Assembly (NCBI GenBank): GCA_964304625.1
Contig: OZ199838.1
Coordinates: 11,433,608-11,497,607, forward strand
Reading direction: 5' to 3'
DNA from: Kudoa neothunni
Lineage: Eukaryota > Animalia > Cnidaria
Length of the DNA stretch: 64,000 nt
The position numbers and the translations under genes were made by a program. The notes below the pieces were generated by a model that worked only from the letters and a program-made list of their open reading frames with translations, had not been told where the DNA came from and made no database searches. This document shows positions 14,295 to 28,361 of the stretch, one piece after another; the first letter of the stretch is position 1; each line of letters opens with the position of its first letter.

Positions 14295-14648
14295 TGCCAA
14301 TGCTCACGCTTAAAAATGCTATAAATCGCGCATGCCTAAAGAGAACACATTTTATTCGCTATTTAAAATGTGATGTACGATTCTAATGATCGATTTATTT
14401 ATGAATGCGTTAATTTAGTAACTTTTTTATTTTTTTGTATTGTCAACGTGTTTGTATTAGCACAAAAATCTAATGATTTTGAACACGCATTGTTTAATTC
14501 GTCTACATTTTTACATCCGAATATGTAAGTTTTGGTAAAAATAATTATTTTAATCAGAATTGATACGCAAAAATTAGGCTTAAATAGTCACATATTCAGA
14601 AACTCCTGGCAGTCTACAAAACATACAGAAACGTATATATTTATATAT

Positions 14649-15001
14649 TAGGGTGCAGTAATTTCATCGCAATATTAAAGAAGCATTGAAATTTAACTTG
14701 GTGACTTTTAGAAATTATAGCTAAGGATTGCAATTTTCTTGTAGAATGGATCGACTTTGAGAAGAGAGAAAATAAAGTAGATTTTTAATATTGCAAAGTG
14801 AAATTATCTCTACAACAAAATAGAATTTAAGAGCTAATAAATCTAAAGAAACCTACTTCGTTAAAAAATCGTTTCAGGACACTTCTCGGCGAACTATTTT
14901 TTGGAGATGGAAAAAATGGCCAAATTGAGAAAAATTTTATTTCTTTTATTATTTCAGTCGCAGAATTTTTTAAAAATAACGGTCGAATACTGCGATCCCT
15001 A
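14649..15001 (+). mobile_element. TAGGG-TIR hAT-derived MITE, family B copy 1
   Basis: Ends TAGGGTGCAGTAATT / AATACTGCGATCCCTA. Internal GTGAAATTATCTCTACAACAAAATAG is shared with 62067-62530. Confidence 0.7.
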
Positions 15002-16189
15002 GCTGATTACTTAAATTATTGGATATAAATTCTCGCTTCTGAGTGATTTATATAGTTGTTGAAAATATTTAAGAGAAGTAACGATGCTGATTAAATATTG
15101 AATTTCGGTTAAATATACTGAAGATATTAATAAATTATCACGACAGAAAGTTTAGAATATTTGAAAATATCAATAATATGGTAGAGTTGAATTATTATAG
15201 ATGTATTCTTTGAATATTGGGTCTCTCCTTTGAAAACTTGTTCCTGTAAATTCTGACAGATGTGGTAGCAAATTTATAATTTGATCATTTCAATTCTATC
15301 TAATCAATATTGTGATGAGAGAGCTTGATCATCATATCTTATATAATTTTAATAAATAACTATGTGTGATAAAATTATTTTGAGCGATGATTTTTAAGTT
15401 CGCTTAATTTGGTTTTATATGATTTAAAAAATTTAAATGGTAAAAAGTATTGTTTTTGATTATTGGTGGATTTAAGTCTCTATTAATTTACTATAACTAA
15501 TAAAATTGTAATAATCTTTAATTTAAAAATGCTATTTTACGATTAGTTCTTTAATGATTTCAATAGTAGACAACATAAAGTATTCAGATAATTTAGAATT
15601 CAATGATACAATGAATTTTTTGGATATAATATTGATAGTCAATAGAAAATGTAAGAATTTTAATAGCAAAAACAAATAATTAACTATATTTAAACTTAAA
15701 ATTAAGTCAAATTAATATTTAAATACTTTTATTGCGCATTTTTATCACATATCTAAATAAATGATTCGATATTATAAGTTTTAATTAGTAATATTAAGGT
15801 TATGAGTTTTAAATAGGACAAATCATATTTTAGTTTGATTCAAATAACGTATTGATCATTTAAAACAATTGTACGAGTTAGAAGTACCTCATATAGGATT
15901 TTATTATAAACGTGACATAAAAGAATTAAATAATTACCAAAAATTCGAATTCTTTATATTTACACAAGTAATACCTTCTCCGCGCATAAATGACACCGAT
16001 AAGCCCTTTAATAGAACATATCACCTACTATTAAATCTCAATGGCTTAAATGCTCCAAAATTTTATGGTGTATGGCTGATAAAAATGGCACAGGCTATTT
16101 GCGTGGTAGATTTTAGTCCTAAATGGCATGTGCACCTGTACATCGGAGGTTTTCGATAGGCGACTCTTACTCTGAAGATTTGTACAGAT

Positions 16190-18340
16190 TTAACCCATTA
16201 AGGGTTACTGTTCCCTTTTCGGCACATGAATAAAATATGATTTTCTCTTTGGTCGAATATCCTATTTATTTATAAATGAAAATATATCTTTGTACAGTCA
16301 ATCAGTCTTATTTTACAAAATAAGAAGAAATTCTATTGAATGGTTTTAAAAATATCGCGCTGTTTATGCTCAACCACTCATTCAATACCAATAGTGAAAT
16401 ATTATGGCGGCATGAATTTATTTCCGTCCATAAATTTTGATTTAATATTGTATATGTGTACAACTCAGAATTTTGATTTTCATTGATATGCGATTTAAAT
16501 TAAGAAAAGTATTCACAAAATAAACATGTGTCGAAAAAGGAACAGTAACTCCTCCGCGTAGAAATTTTCAATTAATCCCTTAACAGATTGTTGAAATTCG
16601 TGATATAGGTAATTCGTTACTTAAATTTATTAGACGCATTTAATGAATTCTGCGATAAAGATAACATGCTTTCGAAGCTTTATCACTTTCTCTAATCAAT
16701 GTTGAGGATCTAATGGATGTGGAGGATAATTTGGTGCAAAATTTAATAGTGGATACTGGTATAAGAATCGTACCCGAAATATGCGGAGAGATTGAGATGC
16801 AGTATGAAAATAAGTAATAAATTTTTTGAAGATGAAATTTCTCCTTACTAAAAAATTTTATCCAAATAAAATTAGGTCTCAAACTTTCAGCGACAATACA
16901 TAATTTATTACCAATTAAAATTTATGTGAAGAATCTGCATAAATTTTAGGAAAGAGTTATGAGCCCTATAATGTTTTTCAACAACATTTTGACGAAAACA
17001 TCATAATGATGATTTTAAAACGATCACATTTTTAATCTGACAGCCGAACAACTCAAAGCTTTAATGGTATACTGTTACTTACCGGCTACCATACGCTAAC
17101 CTGGCAATATATGTGTTGGGAAGACACTGTAGATTCTGGAGTAATGTTAGTGAATAAAGCGATTACCGATAAACATTTCAAATCCATTACGAGATATCTC
17201 CATCTTAATGATAACGCGAAAATAGACTAGGGCAATAAATTGTTTAAATAAAAAATCATTAATTGAAAAAATAAATGTAAACTTAATAAAGTATGGAATT
17301 TTCAACAGGAACATCACAAATGTGCAAATGGTACCGTATTAGGAACTTCATTCCTGTAGGATGTTTAGGAGAGGGAAACCATTACGCTTTGGGTTTAAAA
17401 ATTGGATAATAAGCTCTTCACATGGTTACGCGTATAGCTTTTCTATTTACGATGGAAAGCCAACAGCTAAGATGTGGAGTAGATAGTGTGAAACGTTTCA
17501 TTGATGACTTGAGGGATGTATCGAACCATAGATTGTTTTTTGATAATTTCTTTTTTCGTCCTAAACAATTTTTTGTTATATTAACCGTAACACCGAAGCG
17601 TCTTACGAAGAAGACGCTTCGAGGTACAAACGAAAATATCTTTGATGATTCTACAAAAATTTTATGCTCTCATTGGCACAATATTAAATCAGTTTTATTG
17701 ATGGCTCATTGTTTTAGCCCGCGCCCAGTTTCGGAAGTTAATAGATATTGTTAAATTAAAAAGTCTTGTGACAGGTTAAACAGCCCCACAACATGTATAT
17801 GTATAATAAGCATATGGGTAGAGATGATCTTATTGATAATTCAATAGCCTGCTATATAATAAAGATAAGATCAAAAAATGGTAGTGGTAGCTATTCATCA
17901 ACATGTGGCCTATGGCCCTGGTGAATTTATGGAGACTAATGAATGTAGGGAATTCCTCGAAAATTGACCATCTTACACATACACAAGCCATTGTAAAAAA
18001 ATCTAATATTATTTACAACGAAACGTGCTATAATAGGTCACAGAACTGTATTGAGAAATTTTCAGAAGGCTTCCATATGCCAAAAATCCAATATAACACC
18101 CTCTACGAACACACTACGTAAAAGATGCGTCATACGCGAGCAAACTACCATCCGTTATTGCAATAATTTCCTTACGTACGTGTACGTATAGTGTTCTGAG
18201 CAATTTAATTATTGATACTCATAATTAATAAATTCACTTTTGTTCTCAGTGAAAATTTATACTTTTTTTCTTTAAGAGCATGTGACCAACTTTATTAGGA
18301 TTATATACATGGAGGAGTTACTGTTCCCTTTTCGGCACTT
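16190..18340 (+). mobile_element. Decayed piggyBac transposon
   Basis: TTAA-CCC left end. Subterminal repeat GTTACTGTTCCCTTTTCGGCAC at about 16204, inverted at about 16528 and direct at about 18317. Peptide relics RYLHLNDN, GKPLRFGFKNW, LFFDNFF and YNKHMG..D. Right TIR not found. Confidence 0.85.
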
Positions 18341-18760
18341 TGGTGAAATTAAGTTTTTTCTAAAAATAATTATTATCTGGAAGTTTTCCACATTATTACT
18401 TATTCTATCATAATATAAATTTTGGGTTAGTTTGTTAGAATCTGCTATATTTAATTATTTTTGGAATTTATAAGTGAAGGTGTGGGCCAGAAATAATTAT
18501 ATATAGTAAAAACTAGCGACACCTGAGTATTATTTATTCTGCAAATAGTCACTTTCGATAAAAAAATATACAATAACAGATGCAAGATTTAGCTCAGAAA
18601 TCGCGAGAAGTATTACATAATTTTAAGTATTTATTATTTGTAGATATAATAAACTTTCATCATCAATTTCCAAAGTAATTACCATAAAAAAAGCCAAATA
18701 TTCAAAAGCATGAACTAAATTTAAATGTAAGCTTATGCGCACTCTCGAACTTCCAACTAT

Positions 18761-18766
18761 CACGTG
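18761..18766. promoter_or_regulatory. CACGTG E-box immediately upstream of MRPS21 ATG
   Basis: TCACGTG ending 6 nt before ATG 18773. Confidence 0.45.
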
Positions 18767-18772
18767 CTTCTG

Positions 18773-19095
18773 ATGTCTTTCAATAGATTCCTAGCCAGGA
18801 CTTTTATGGTGAAAGGAAATGAGTGGCAAGATGTGGTCAATTGTTTCAATAAATTAACCAAAGTTTTACAGGAGGAAGGTTTCATCAAGAAAATGCAACT
18901 AAATCAATAGTAATTTTTACACGTTTTTTTTCTACTGTTAACGTAAATATGTCCTATCCGTCCAGTCATGAGCGACAATCTATTAAAAGAAGACGTCTTG
19001 GTTACGAAAAATCTCACAGGAAATTTGGAAGGGAATTGCGAAATAAAATGGAATTCCTTTCGAAGATTACTGCTAAGAAATCGCCTTGGATTTAG
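18773..19095 (+). CDS. MRPS21: Mitochondrial ribosomal protein S21 (bS21m), 88 aa, not in the ORF track
   Basis: Exons 18773-18909 and 18966-19095 (56-nt GT-AG intron) give MSFNRFLARTFMVKGNEWQDVVNCFNKLTKVLQEEGFIKKMQLNQYHERQSIKRRRLGYEKSHRKFGRELRNKMEFLSKITAKKSPWI, colinear with animal MRPS21 (FIARTVMV...RRQRESYE...KINFL...PW). Confidence 0.88.
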
Positions 19096-19277
19096 CATTA
19101 AAATGTTGTTTGTAATTATATATTATTTTATTATGTTTGAATGGTGCAAAATATATTAATTTTTTGAGACTGGTTACTCATATTTTTTTAATTATCAACT
19201 GCAGTCGAATACCGTTTATCGGAAAATCGCGCTATATGAACAGCTTCTAAAATCTAATGTCGGTACCAGTACTGAGG

Positions 19278-21710
19278 GAGTATCCAGCTCCAAAAATTCT
19301 ACATCTCCCTGTGCTCGCGCATTCCCTATTTTTTTAGTCGAATTTGACACATTTTTAAAATATTGAATGAGCGCCAATCAGACCAAAATTTTTATTCTAA
19401 CGAGTTTAAAAAACACGCCTCGACGACAGTCAGGCATACCTACTCATTACTTTTTTCTGCCTAATTTTTCATAAATAATTAATGCAATTTGTGTTTTAAA
19501 GATTTATAATATTATAAATATGTTCTCAGGTTTAAAACATCACACAAAATAAGAAATATTTTATTTCGCGGTTTTTTGAATTTTCGGTAATGATAGATTT
19601 AATAGTAACTGTTGTAATTATACCTCACGTTGAATTTAAAAATTTATACGTATTTGTAATTTAATCCAATTAACAAAGGATATCTTTATTGTGGAATTTT
19701 CAACTTTTGTTTAATGTAAATGCTCTATTCATTTACCCAGCGGATAAGGACTTATTACAAAAAATATCTGATCGATGCAAGAATTGTCACAGGTATAACA
19801 CTTTACGTCTACAATGACAAAAAGAAAGAGAATCAATTATTCGACCGATTTTTGTGACGATGATATTGAGAGATATTCTTATATATGTTCAAAGTATTTT
19901 TATTTTATGTATACCTTTTAAAATATTAATTATAGGAGTGATTGTAGAACGCATTTTTCCCCTGACCTCTACCTTATTTGGTATAAAAAGCATGATCGGA
20001 ACAAACGTATCAAAATTAGCAATGTCTCCATTACTTGAGTTAACTTACCCTTGGTGTATTGAAGAACAAAGATGAAGGGTGGTAGCAATAACTCAAATAA
20101 CCAAACAACCGTTACAGTTTGGCATTCTGCGTTGAGAAATATTTGTTATAAAATGTTCCAACGACGTGAGAAAATGGATGGTGTAAATCGAATCGTTGGA
20201 GTTGAGGAATATTTATTAAGAGGTCGCCGTAAGAACAACTGTGGGAGATTTTTGAGCATGGATAGATGGTTGGCCACCCCAAACTATTTCTTAAGAAGTA
20301 GGTTATTCCGTGGAGCGACTCCTTTGAGGTGTCAGTGGAGAATTTAAAGGTATGGTTACCGAGTGAACGGTCCTCGGGTTGTTGCCATTTGCGAATGCTC
20401 TGTCGACGAAGATAAAAAACGCAAATTGTTATAATCCAGGTTTTTTATTGTCTAGAAAAGGGATAAACGAACGTTGACTCAGCTTGCCTTACAGGAAGTT
20501 GAAAACGCGATCACAATATATACAGACGGGTGGTTGGGGTACAACTCTCTTCGAATTTACAGTTATAATCATATAATCACTCTAAAGAGTATGTCACTCC
20601 TGAGGGTTACCATATTAATACAGTCGAGGTTGTTTAGTATCACCTGAAAACAAAAATTATTCGGAAAATGAGCGGTGTGTCGCGGAATCGGCCAGATTCC
20701 TACCTACACTAATTTTGATTGCGTTCCATTCATAAAGGATATTGGAATTTCTTCGAATATGTTTTAAGAGAAATCGCTACTGTTTACCAATTAAATAATA
20801 GTTAGTAGAACAGAATATTTGTGTTTTGATTCCCTTCACCTTTTATACACCGTTATTTGTCACAAAAATTTCTGCAAACTTTAGATTTGAAATTTCTTGC
20901 ATATTTTCAATGAATGATAATAAATTAAAAAATATATTTGAATTACCGCTTAGGTTCTATTTATGAGAAAATAATTTTTACTTTTGAATGAAATTAGTTT
21001 GACATTTTTTCTAAAAAAACAAATTTTTTAATTTATACTCACAATTGTTTCCTAATCATGATACTCAATTTTTTGTACAATACATTTATTACGGAACATA
21101 ATTATCACAGATTGTTCCTCAAAGTAGTCAATATATCTGTACGAATAAACGTTAAATACTATATTTTTAAACTAATTTTGAATCTTTAACAAATTGTCAA
21201 TTACATTTGTTTGAAATATAATAATGTTTTCAAATTCTTCAATATGGTTCGTTCGGTATACCGTTATATATTTAGAATTAATACACAAAAAAAATATATA
21301 AACTAACAAATAATTCATTAAGTAACAACTTATAGGTATTAACATAAAAAATGAAAAATTAAGGTTAAAAATGCACAATAAACAACTGGCATGTATTCCG
21401 GCGATTCAATTTAATTCATAACTCACAAGAACTTATTTTATAATATTTAATAATATTATAAATCTTAAAAATATAAATTGCATTAATTATTTATGGCAAA
21501 TTAGGCTGAAAGTGGTAATGAACAGGTATGCGCGTTATGCTACGCGATGTCCGATTGTTGTCAAAGCGTGATTTTTTGCAACTCTTTAGAATAAAAATTT
21601 CGGTCTGATTTGTGAGCATTCAATATTTTAAAAATGTGTTAAATTCGACTGAAAGAAAATCGGGAATGTGCAAGCACAGCAAGATGCCGATTTTTTGGAG
21701 CTGGATACTC
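19278..21710 (+). mobile_element. Merlin (ISXO2-like) transposon with long TIRs, transposase decayed
   Basis: Imperfect inverted repeats of about 245 nt starting GAGTATCCAGCTCCAAAAA at both ends. Relics GVNRIVGVEEYLLRGRRKNNCGR, TIYTDGWLGYNSL and NHSKEYVTPEGYHINTVE. Confidence 0.85.
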
Positions 21711-23877
21711 TCAGATTACCCAGATAGAATTTATTAAAACTATTATAGATAATATAGCTTTATATTTCAAACATTTTTAGTCAAGAAAATTCTAGCGTAG
21801 ATTTCTACCCCATTTTTACTTGGAAGTTGTAAATTTTCGCGTGACTTAGAGGGTTAAATATATAAATTTATGTTCCCAACATTCAAATGTTCATTTTGTT
21901 GTTTAATTGATTTTGTATCGATTCCATTTTCCGAAAACAAATACGATACTTTAAAATTATAGAAAACGCCGATACCGAATGGCATGGTGTGCGTATGTCT
22001 ATATTGTTAATTTGAATTATGTACGGCGGGGCTCACTGAAGTTTTTAGCTGGCAGGTAAAATTTTTGATTTTTATGAGCATCGAGGGCCAGATTAAAATT
22101 TTTTTAGAAAAGCAGTCATAAAATTGAAACGAAAATAATATAAATATAAACAGATAATAAATTTATATTTGTGTTTGTATTTGAATGTGAATATGAATGT
22201 GAAACAGGAAACTGATTCTTGTGTCAGGATATGGTGTTCCAATTTTGAGGTCCCCAATGGGATTACGAACCATCAATTGTCTACCTTATAATTCAAAAAA
22301 GGGAAGTTGATTAAATTTATGGTTGTAATGAAGAATCACTATTTTTTCAGGCATAAAATTTAATGTTTATTAATTTAATCATACTCAAGTTGTGTAGATG
22401 TTAATAAGGTTTTCATTTGTCGGGGGTTTAAATTTTTTTTTATTTCTATATTCATCATCAATTACAGATGATTACATAATTTTGTAAAATAATGTATATG
22501 ATGCTAGTAAATATCTGAGGAAGGGTGGTTATTGCTTTATCATTTTAAATTTCTGGTAGAAAATCAATTAAACTCAACCAGGTTAAAAATTAAAGGTAAT
22601 GAATTTGATTGATAAGTTGAAATAATTAAGAATTTTAAATTATCAGAGGTATAGGAATCAAATAAACCTTAAAAAATGTATCTTATCGACTAGTACGTTT
22701 TACATTCAGAATCTTGTTATATTGGTGTTCAGATGATCTCTTTTATTTCAATTAAGATATAATAAAAACGTTTATAGAATTAAATGAGTATTTTTTAATC
22801 AACATTCATATACTAAAGCAAGACATTGATAGTCTTCAAGTCAACCCAATTTTCACGCACATGCGCATTCGGATGTTAGGGGAACACCGCGGGGGTATTT
22901 TGATGAACCCTGATGTACGATTTTAACTAAATTTTATTAAAATTGTCCAATAATATCTCTTTTTATAATAAAAATTTAACTTCAATTAATTTCTGTTGAC
23001 TATTATAAATGAATGTTTGGAAGAATTGTTAATAATAGAAATTTCATGTTTTTACTCTCTATATTACATAAAACTGAACAAGGAATTCTATTTTAAATTA
23101 TGTAATTTATTTTCTACAAATACGTTTTAATATTATACATCTTTGACACATTGAGTGATAAATCTTACTTCAGCTCATATCCAACTCATAATATCATTTA
23201 AATTTATTTATTATTTTGTCAAATAAAATATATTAAACAAACAATCAACTCAGTTTCTCAAATTATAATAATAGATAGTCTTAATAATTTTTAAATAATT
23301 AAAATGAATTACATAAATCCAAACAAATCCAAAACGCACTCCACTAATCATTGATGGCATAAAATTTGTTATAAACAAATTTTCGTAAGTTTTACTCACC
23401 TAACAAATATTTAAAATATTTACAAAAATATACATAAAATTGATAACAATAGTCCACTCGATATTTAGTCAATTAAATGCTAAATTTACAAAAGAATATA
23501 TATATTAATCGGTATCTAAAAATTCTATCAAATAATTTTGATTATTTTAATAATTCTTTTGAAATTTTATAACATTGAAAATATTTTTACTAAAATATCA
23601 ATATCTATGACATAGAATAGCAGCATTTTTTTATCATATCTTTTTGATTCTTTTCGAATGTCTAATGTAAAAATAAAGAATACACTTTTATAGAATATAA
23701 TGAAAATCCACATTAATTTCTGAGACTAATCAATTATAATATTATATTTGTGCTCCAGGATTTATCAGTTGGAACGATTATTCCAAAGTGCGGTTGTGAT
23801 GGGCCCCTAAAGATATTATTCATGGTATAGAAGACGCAATATCCTTTTTTATATTAAATCACAGAAAATAAAATAAG

Positions 23878-24636
23878 TTATAAAAGTGATTTTAATTTTA
23901 AAATGTGTCTTATTGAGTTTTGGGAACCAAAATTTACTTCACAGATATTTTTGGATGAGTTCAAACAGTAGTCTCCAACCTAAAATTTTAATAAGACAGT
24001 TATTAGATGATTATGCATAGCTTATAAATAAGCATATCATGAAGTGTACATTGTTCCCCAAATTTGTATATTGGCCTGAAACTCCCATACAATGCTTGTA
24101 TTCAATCACCTATTAAGATTAATACACCAATTCAAATAACATTTTTCATACAATACACGGTAAAGCTATTTCGGGTCTCTTTAATGAATTTACTACGGTA
24201 AAGTTTTATATATTTTAAACCAATGAATTATTATACCCAAAGTGTCTGTACATTCCGCATATTTTGAGCAAATATCGCGTGAAACTGGGTAATTGGCCAC
24301 AAAGTTTGTTAAATTTTTCTTCGCGTCTCTGATAAGATATCTCTATGTTTAAATGTTATAGAAAATAATTTTCAGTTTTTACCCGAAATGGGCTCGCCAA
24401 GAAAACCAATCTCAAATATTCTAAAGTTTGGTTTAGTTGTAGTCGTACTTCCAACCCAAGTTCATACTGTATAAGAAAAAATAGAGAATTAATTAATAAA
24501 TTTAAAAATATGATCTACTACCTGAGCTGTAATACTATCAGATATTAGATTATTCGCGCCTGTAATTTGTTAAATACTTGTTATTTGTAAAAAAATTACA
24601 CAGCAAAACACAGAAACAAATCGATTTATTATTCAT
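23878..24636 (-). CDS. Uncharacterised Cys-rich, probably secreted protein (3' end uncertain), not in the ORF track
   Basis: Exons 24636-24600, 24559-24522, 24466-24383, 24342-24237, 24192-24152, 24109-24050, 23979 onward. Introns of 40, 55, 40, 44, 42 and 70 nt are all GT-AG and keep one frame. Hydrophobic N-terminus. Confidence 0.7.
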
Positions 24637-25952
24637 TGTTATTTTAGATCTCCTAATGGTTGAAAAAACACACCTTTTTATAGAGTGTTATCATAGTGAT
24701 TAAGATAAAATTTCCACTCAATAACCTAAAAAGATAATCACATTGTTATAATCTTTTAAAGTAAGTCTTGGTGGTTGTTTGTTATTTTATGAAGCATGAC
24801 GAACATTATAAAATTAGGGTGAAATTGTTGGCAGATAAATCTTGTATCAATGTGATAATTATTAATCATTATTTTTAGACATACAATGACAAAATTTTTA
24901 CGAATTTTTATTATTGTTTCTATATTTTCCTTATAAACAATGTTTATTGGCACACATAAAATACTCAATATAAATGAATTTTATATTATATGGTTTAATA
25001 AATATTATGAATTCATCATTTTTTTTATTTTAAGATATTTAAGTCTTCAAATAATGTGGTACCAAATCTTTTTCTAATTCTCGCCAGAAACTGAAAAATA
25101 ATTATGGTATCATATTTTAACTTCGTAATCTCATTTCATAATTATCTCCTAATGAAATGATTGATTTACTTCTTTTTTCGCGGATTAAATTATGATTTAT
25201 ACGTTTGGAAGGTGTAATTCTTCTCAATATCAGCTTATCCGTATGGTTTTATGCATTATCACACAGCATGTCTGATTGGTGTTCAGCATTCAACCGAAAA
25301 GTTTCATACACCTAATTAATTTCTTTATAGCAAAAGAAATAGGTATAAAAATAAACCAATTCCTTGCAAGAAAATTTTCGTCCATTCTTTTGAATGCCCA
25401 TTTAAGCCACGTATAAATTAAAATAAATTATATTTCCTGATCAAAAAATTATATTAATATACAGAATATAGTTAGCATATAAATTTTAATAATGAATTAT
25501 TAAAGTTTTTGTGAATAATTACAAATAAAAATATGCATTATTGTATAAAAATTTTTTTTATAGATTTTCAAATATTTCTACCTTAATAAAATTGCGCTTC
25601 TCTGAAAAAAAATGAAATGAGCACATCCGATAAAAAAACTTCCTCAAGGTAAAATATTGTCTTAACTGGTTAAAATTAAAAGCATTCGCGACATTAAGAA
25701 AATAGAGATGATTATTTTGACACGAGATTATGGTTTTAAATGTAGAAAAAATGAAATTTACTACGTATCAACACAAAACAGCTATTAATAAATATATAAT
25801 GATCTTTAGTCTAACATTTTCCTGCCATTTTCATTTAAATCATCAATATATTATAATGAAGAAAAAATGGTGCGCGAAAGAGAACTTAAAAAATCATAAT
25901 CCTCCAGATATGAAATTGATGTCTCATTCACCCCGCTTTTGCTGAATCTCAA

Positions 25953-27770
25953 TTAACCTTCAGAGTGCGCCGAAAATTACTATACACTTGGTGCTTTTGG
26001 GGTCATGTATGACCTCGCAATTTTCTTACATTATTATAATTTAAATATATTGAAAAACTTTTTGGTAATATTTAAAATAAGTCTATCGCCGAATTCATAC
26101 CGGATTTCGAAAAAAACATATAAACCGAGAAGATGAGATTAGAGACGATCATAATTAGAAGATCGATTTGACTGTAATTATTAAAATATTCCTTTATTTA
26201 TGGTTTATTTAATTATTTTGTAACTCACATTAGCTAAATATTAAATGAACCTATACTTTATATCGGTGAAAATAGTTTCATTTTAGTAAAATTAAGTTTT
26301 TACCAATGTAGTAAATAATGCGTATATCGTTTGGATAAACTGATTGTAAAACCATCAATGTTAGAATAAGTTATTTAAAAATGACAGAATTTATAGTATT
26401 ATGATTAACAGCGCGTGAAAAAATTAAAAAAATAACAAATAGCAAAAAACATATATATACATATATATATCAACCAGAACGATTAGATTTATAACCAAGA
26501 AAATCTAGTTCAGCGTTCTCAATCCCAACCTTATTGTCATCGCGTTCTAATTTTTCTTGAAAAAGTTCTGTTCCTCGCCTCTTCCAAAAGTATTGATTTT
26601 TGAACTTAAACTATTTATATCCTTAAATAAAACTTCCTGTCACATTAAAATATGAAAACAATTGATACGCGCTTCATTTCGCATTAAACTTAAAATTTAT
26701 TCGATCAGAACTAACTTAATTTATCTATTGACCTTAAAAATTAACTTTTTAATTCTTCACTTCGTTAAAAACGGCTCGAAATAAAACCCGTGATAATCCA
26801 ATACACATCAAGCAAAACTTTAATGTATACAGGGCTTACAAACCGAAAATAAATGATCAATATTACATTAGGTTAAATCCAAAATAGGGGAGATCATGAT
26901 TATATAAGAGGAAAGATCCGGATTAAAACCATTTCGATTCTTTTGGGCTAAAGACCACGTTAACTGTTATTATTTATATTTATATAATTATTCGTTGCGT
27001 TTGGTATTGTCTTATGATGTTCATAGTCATTTAAAAATAATTGATATAAAAATCGAGGTATTGATTTCAATGTGTGTTACACTGTCCAATTATTTCACCA
27101 TTACCCATGTCACATCAATGCTCAGATTATCGACGTCTCGTTAGAGCTGTTCATTAAATGTTCAAAGATTTTTCCACGTCTCACAGATGGGTCATGGTTA
27201 TTATGTTAGGAGACACTGCCCTATACGATTTAGATTTCTCTGCAGTCCATACTACATTATATTCGTCGTAATGCAAAGTTCAATTAACGACAATTTATTA
27301 GAATCAGAATCCGTTGAATCTGACTCAGGATCATTACATTGAGTAGAATTGAAAATTTTACTGCAGTCACTCTTAAAATCTGTGGAATATTCTTCGCTAA
27401 AAACTATCCATTATTCGAAACTAATCCGCTTCGCTGCCACTCGTAGGTATTCGAACAAGGTTTTTCCTCATTTCCTCTTTATTTTATCGATAGAATTCTA
27501 CATAACTTTGGATTATAGTACTTAAAATTGTTCTGTATTATTTAATGAAAACAAGCCCCCGTCATATATGACCCCAAAAGCACTACGTTTAAGACGTACG
27601 CGTATCTATTTACTAATTTAGATAATTAAAAACTTTTTTCTCGCATTACATTAAGAATTTGTTTTTAGGAGAATAAAAATACCAGACATTGTCCATTACA
27701 AATAATACACTAAAAATATATTACAATATGCTCTGGGGTCTTAATGACTCCAAACTGTCAGGAAGATTAA
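25953..27770 (-). mobile_element. Internally deleted piggyBac relic with nested hAT MITE
   Basis: TTAA at both ends, inverted subterminal repeats GTGCTTTTGGGGTCATGTATGAC / GTCATATATGACCCCAAAAGCAC, and an acidic Ser/Asp-rich N-terminal relic on the minus strand. Confidence 0.6.
26511..27218. mobile_element. hAT MITE, family A copy 2 (older)
   Basis: CAGCGTTCTC...GGAGACACTG ends. Colinear with 5306-5944. The TSD is decayed but both flanks keep a central TA. Confidence 0.75.
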
Positions 27771-28238
27771 GAGGGAGTCTTCTAAATGCAATAAATTAGC
27801 AACTAGAACCAGTTAGCTTGCATTAAGAGTTCACGTCATAGGTCCAGAAAATCAAAACAAATTAATAATGACTTACTGTAGATTAATAACTAATCACATA
27901 AAAAATCTAAGACGATTAAAATCGAGACAACGAGGTAATATGTGTAATGTATTTTAAAAGTATTATTGTAATTTTAAATTCCTCTTAAATGTCATCGAAA
28001 TAGGTTTAACAAGTCTAATGTGAATCTGTAATTAATGCGTACAATTCAGGGTATTAATTTTCCAATATATCATCTCGGTGAACTTTGTATTAATCTGGAA
28101 AAGCTTAAAATCAGCTTATCAAAAAAAGAATAACTTGTTACGAGTTAAAAAAAACGATATCAACAAAATTTGGTTTATTAATATTTATGATGGTCTAATA
28201 GAAGAATATAAACAACCACAAGACTTGATTAATGTACA

Positions 28239-28361
28239 GGTGAGTTCGTGAAGCCCATGGTTATCATTAGGGGGTTGAAGATTATGCAAGACCGTAAGTT
28301 GTAAGTTCCTTCTTGAACCGCGCACGCTCGTACCAAATAGTTGGCCTCCTGACTCACTTTT
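28239..28361 (+). ncRNA. Candidate small Pol III-type RNA with paired ends (Y-RNA-like)
   Basis: GGTGAGTT pairs with GACTCACT and the stem extends imperfectly. TTTT follows at 28358-28361 and TATAAA lies at 28207-28212. Could instead be a 5'UTR intron of APRT. Confidence 0.25.

Noticed and set aside
16190-21857. One large piggyBac capturing MRPS21 (GAGGGTTAA at about 21850 as right end)
   Set aside because: That end does not match the left TIR or subterminal repeat beyond a few bases.
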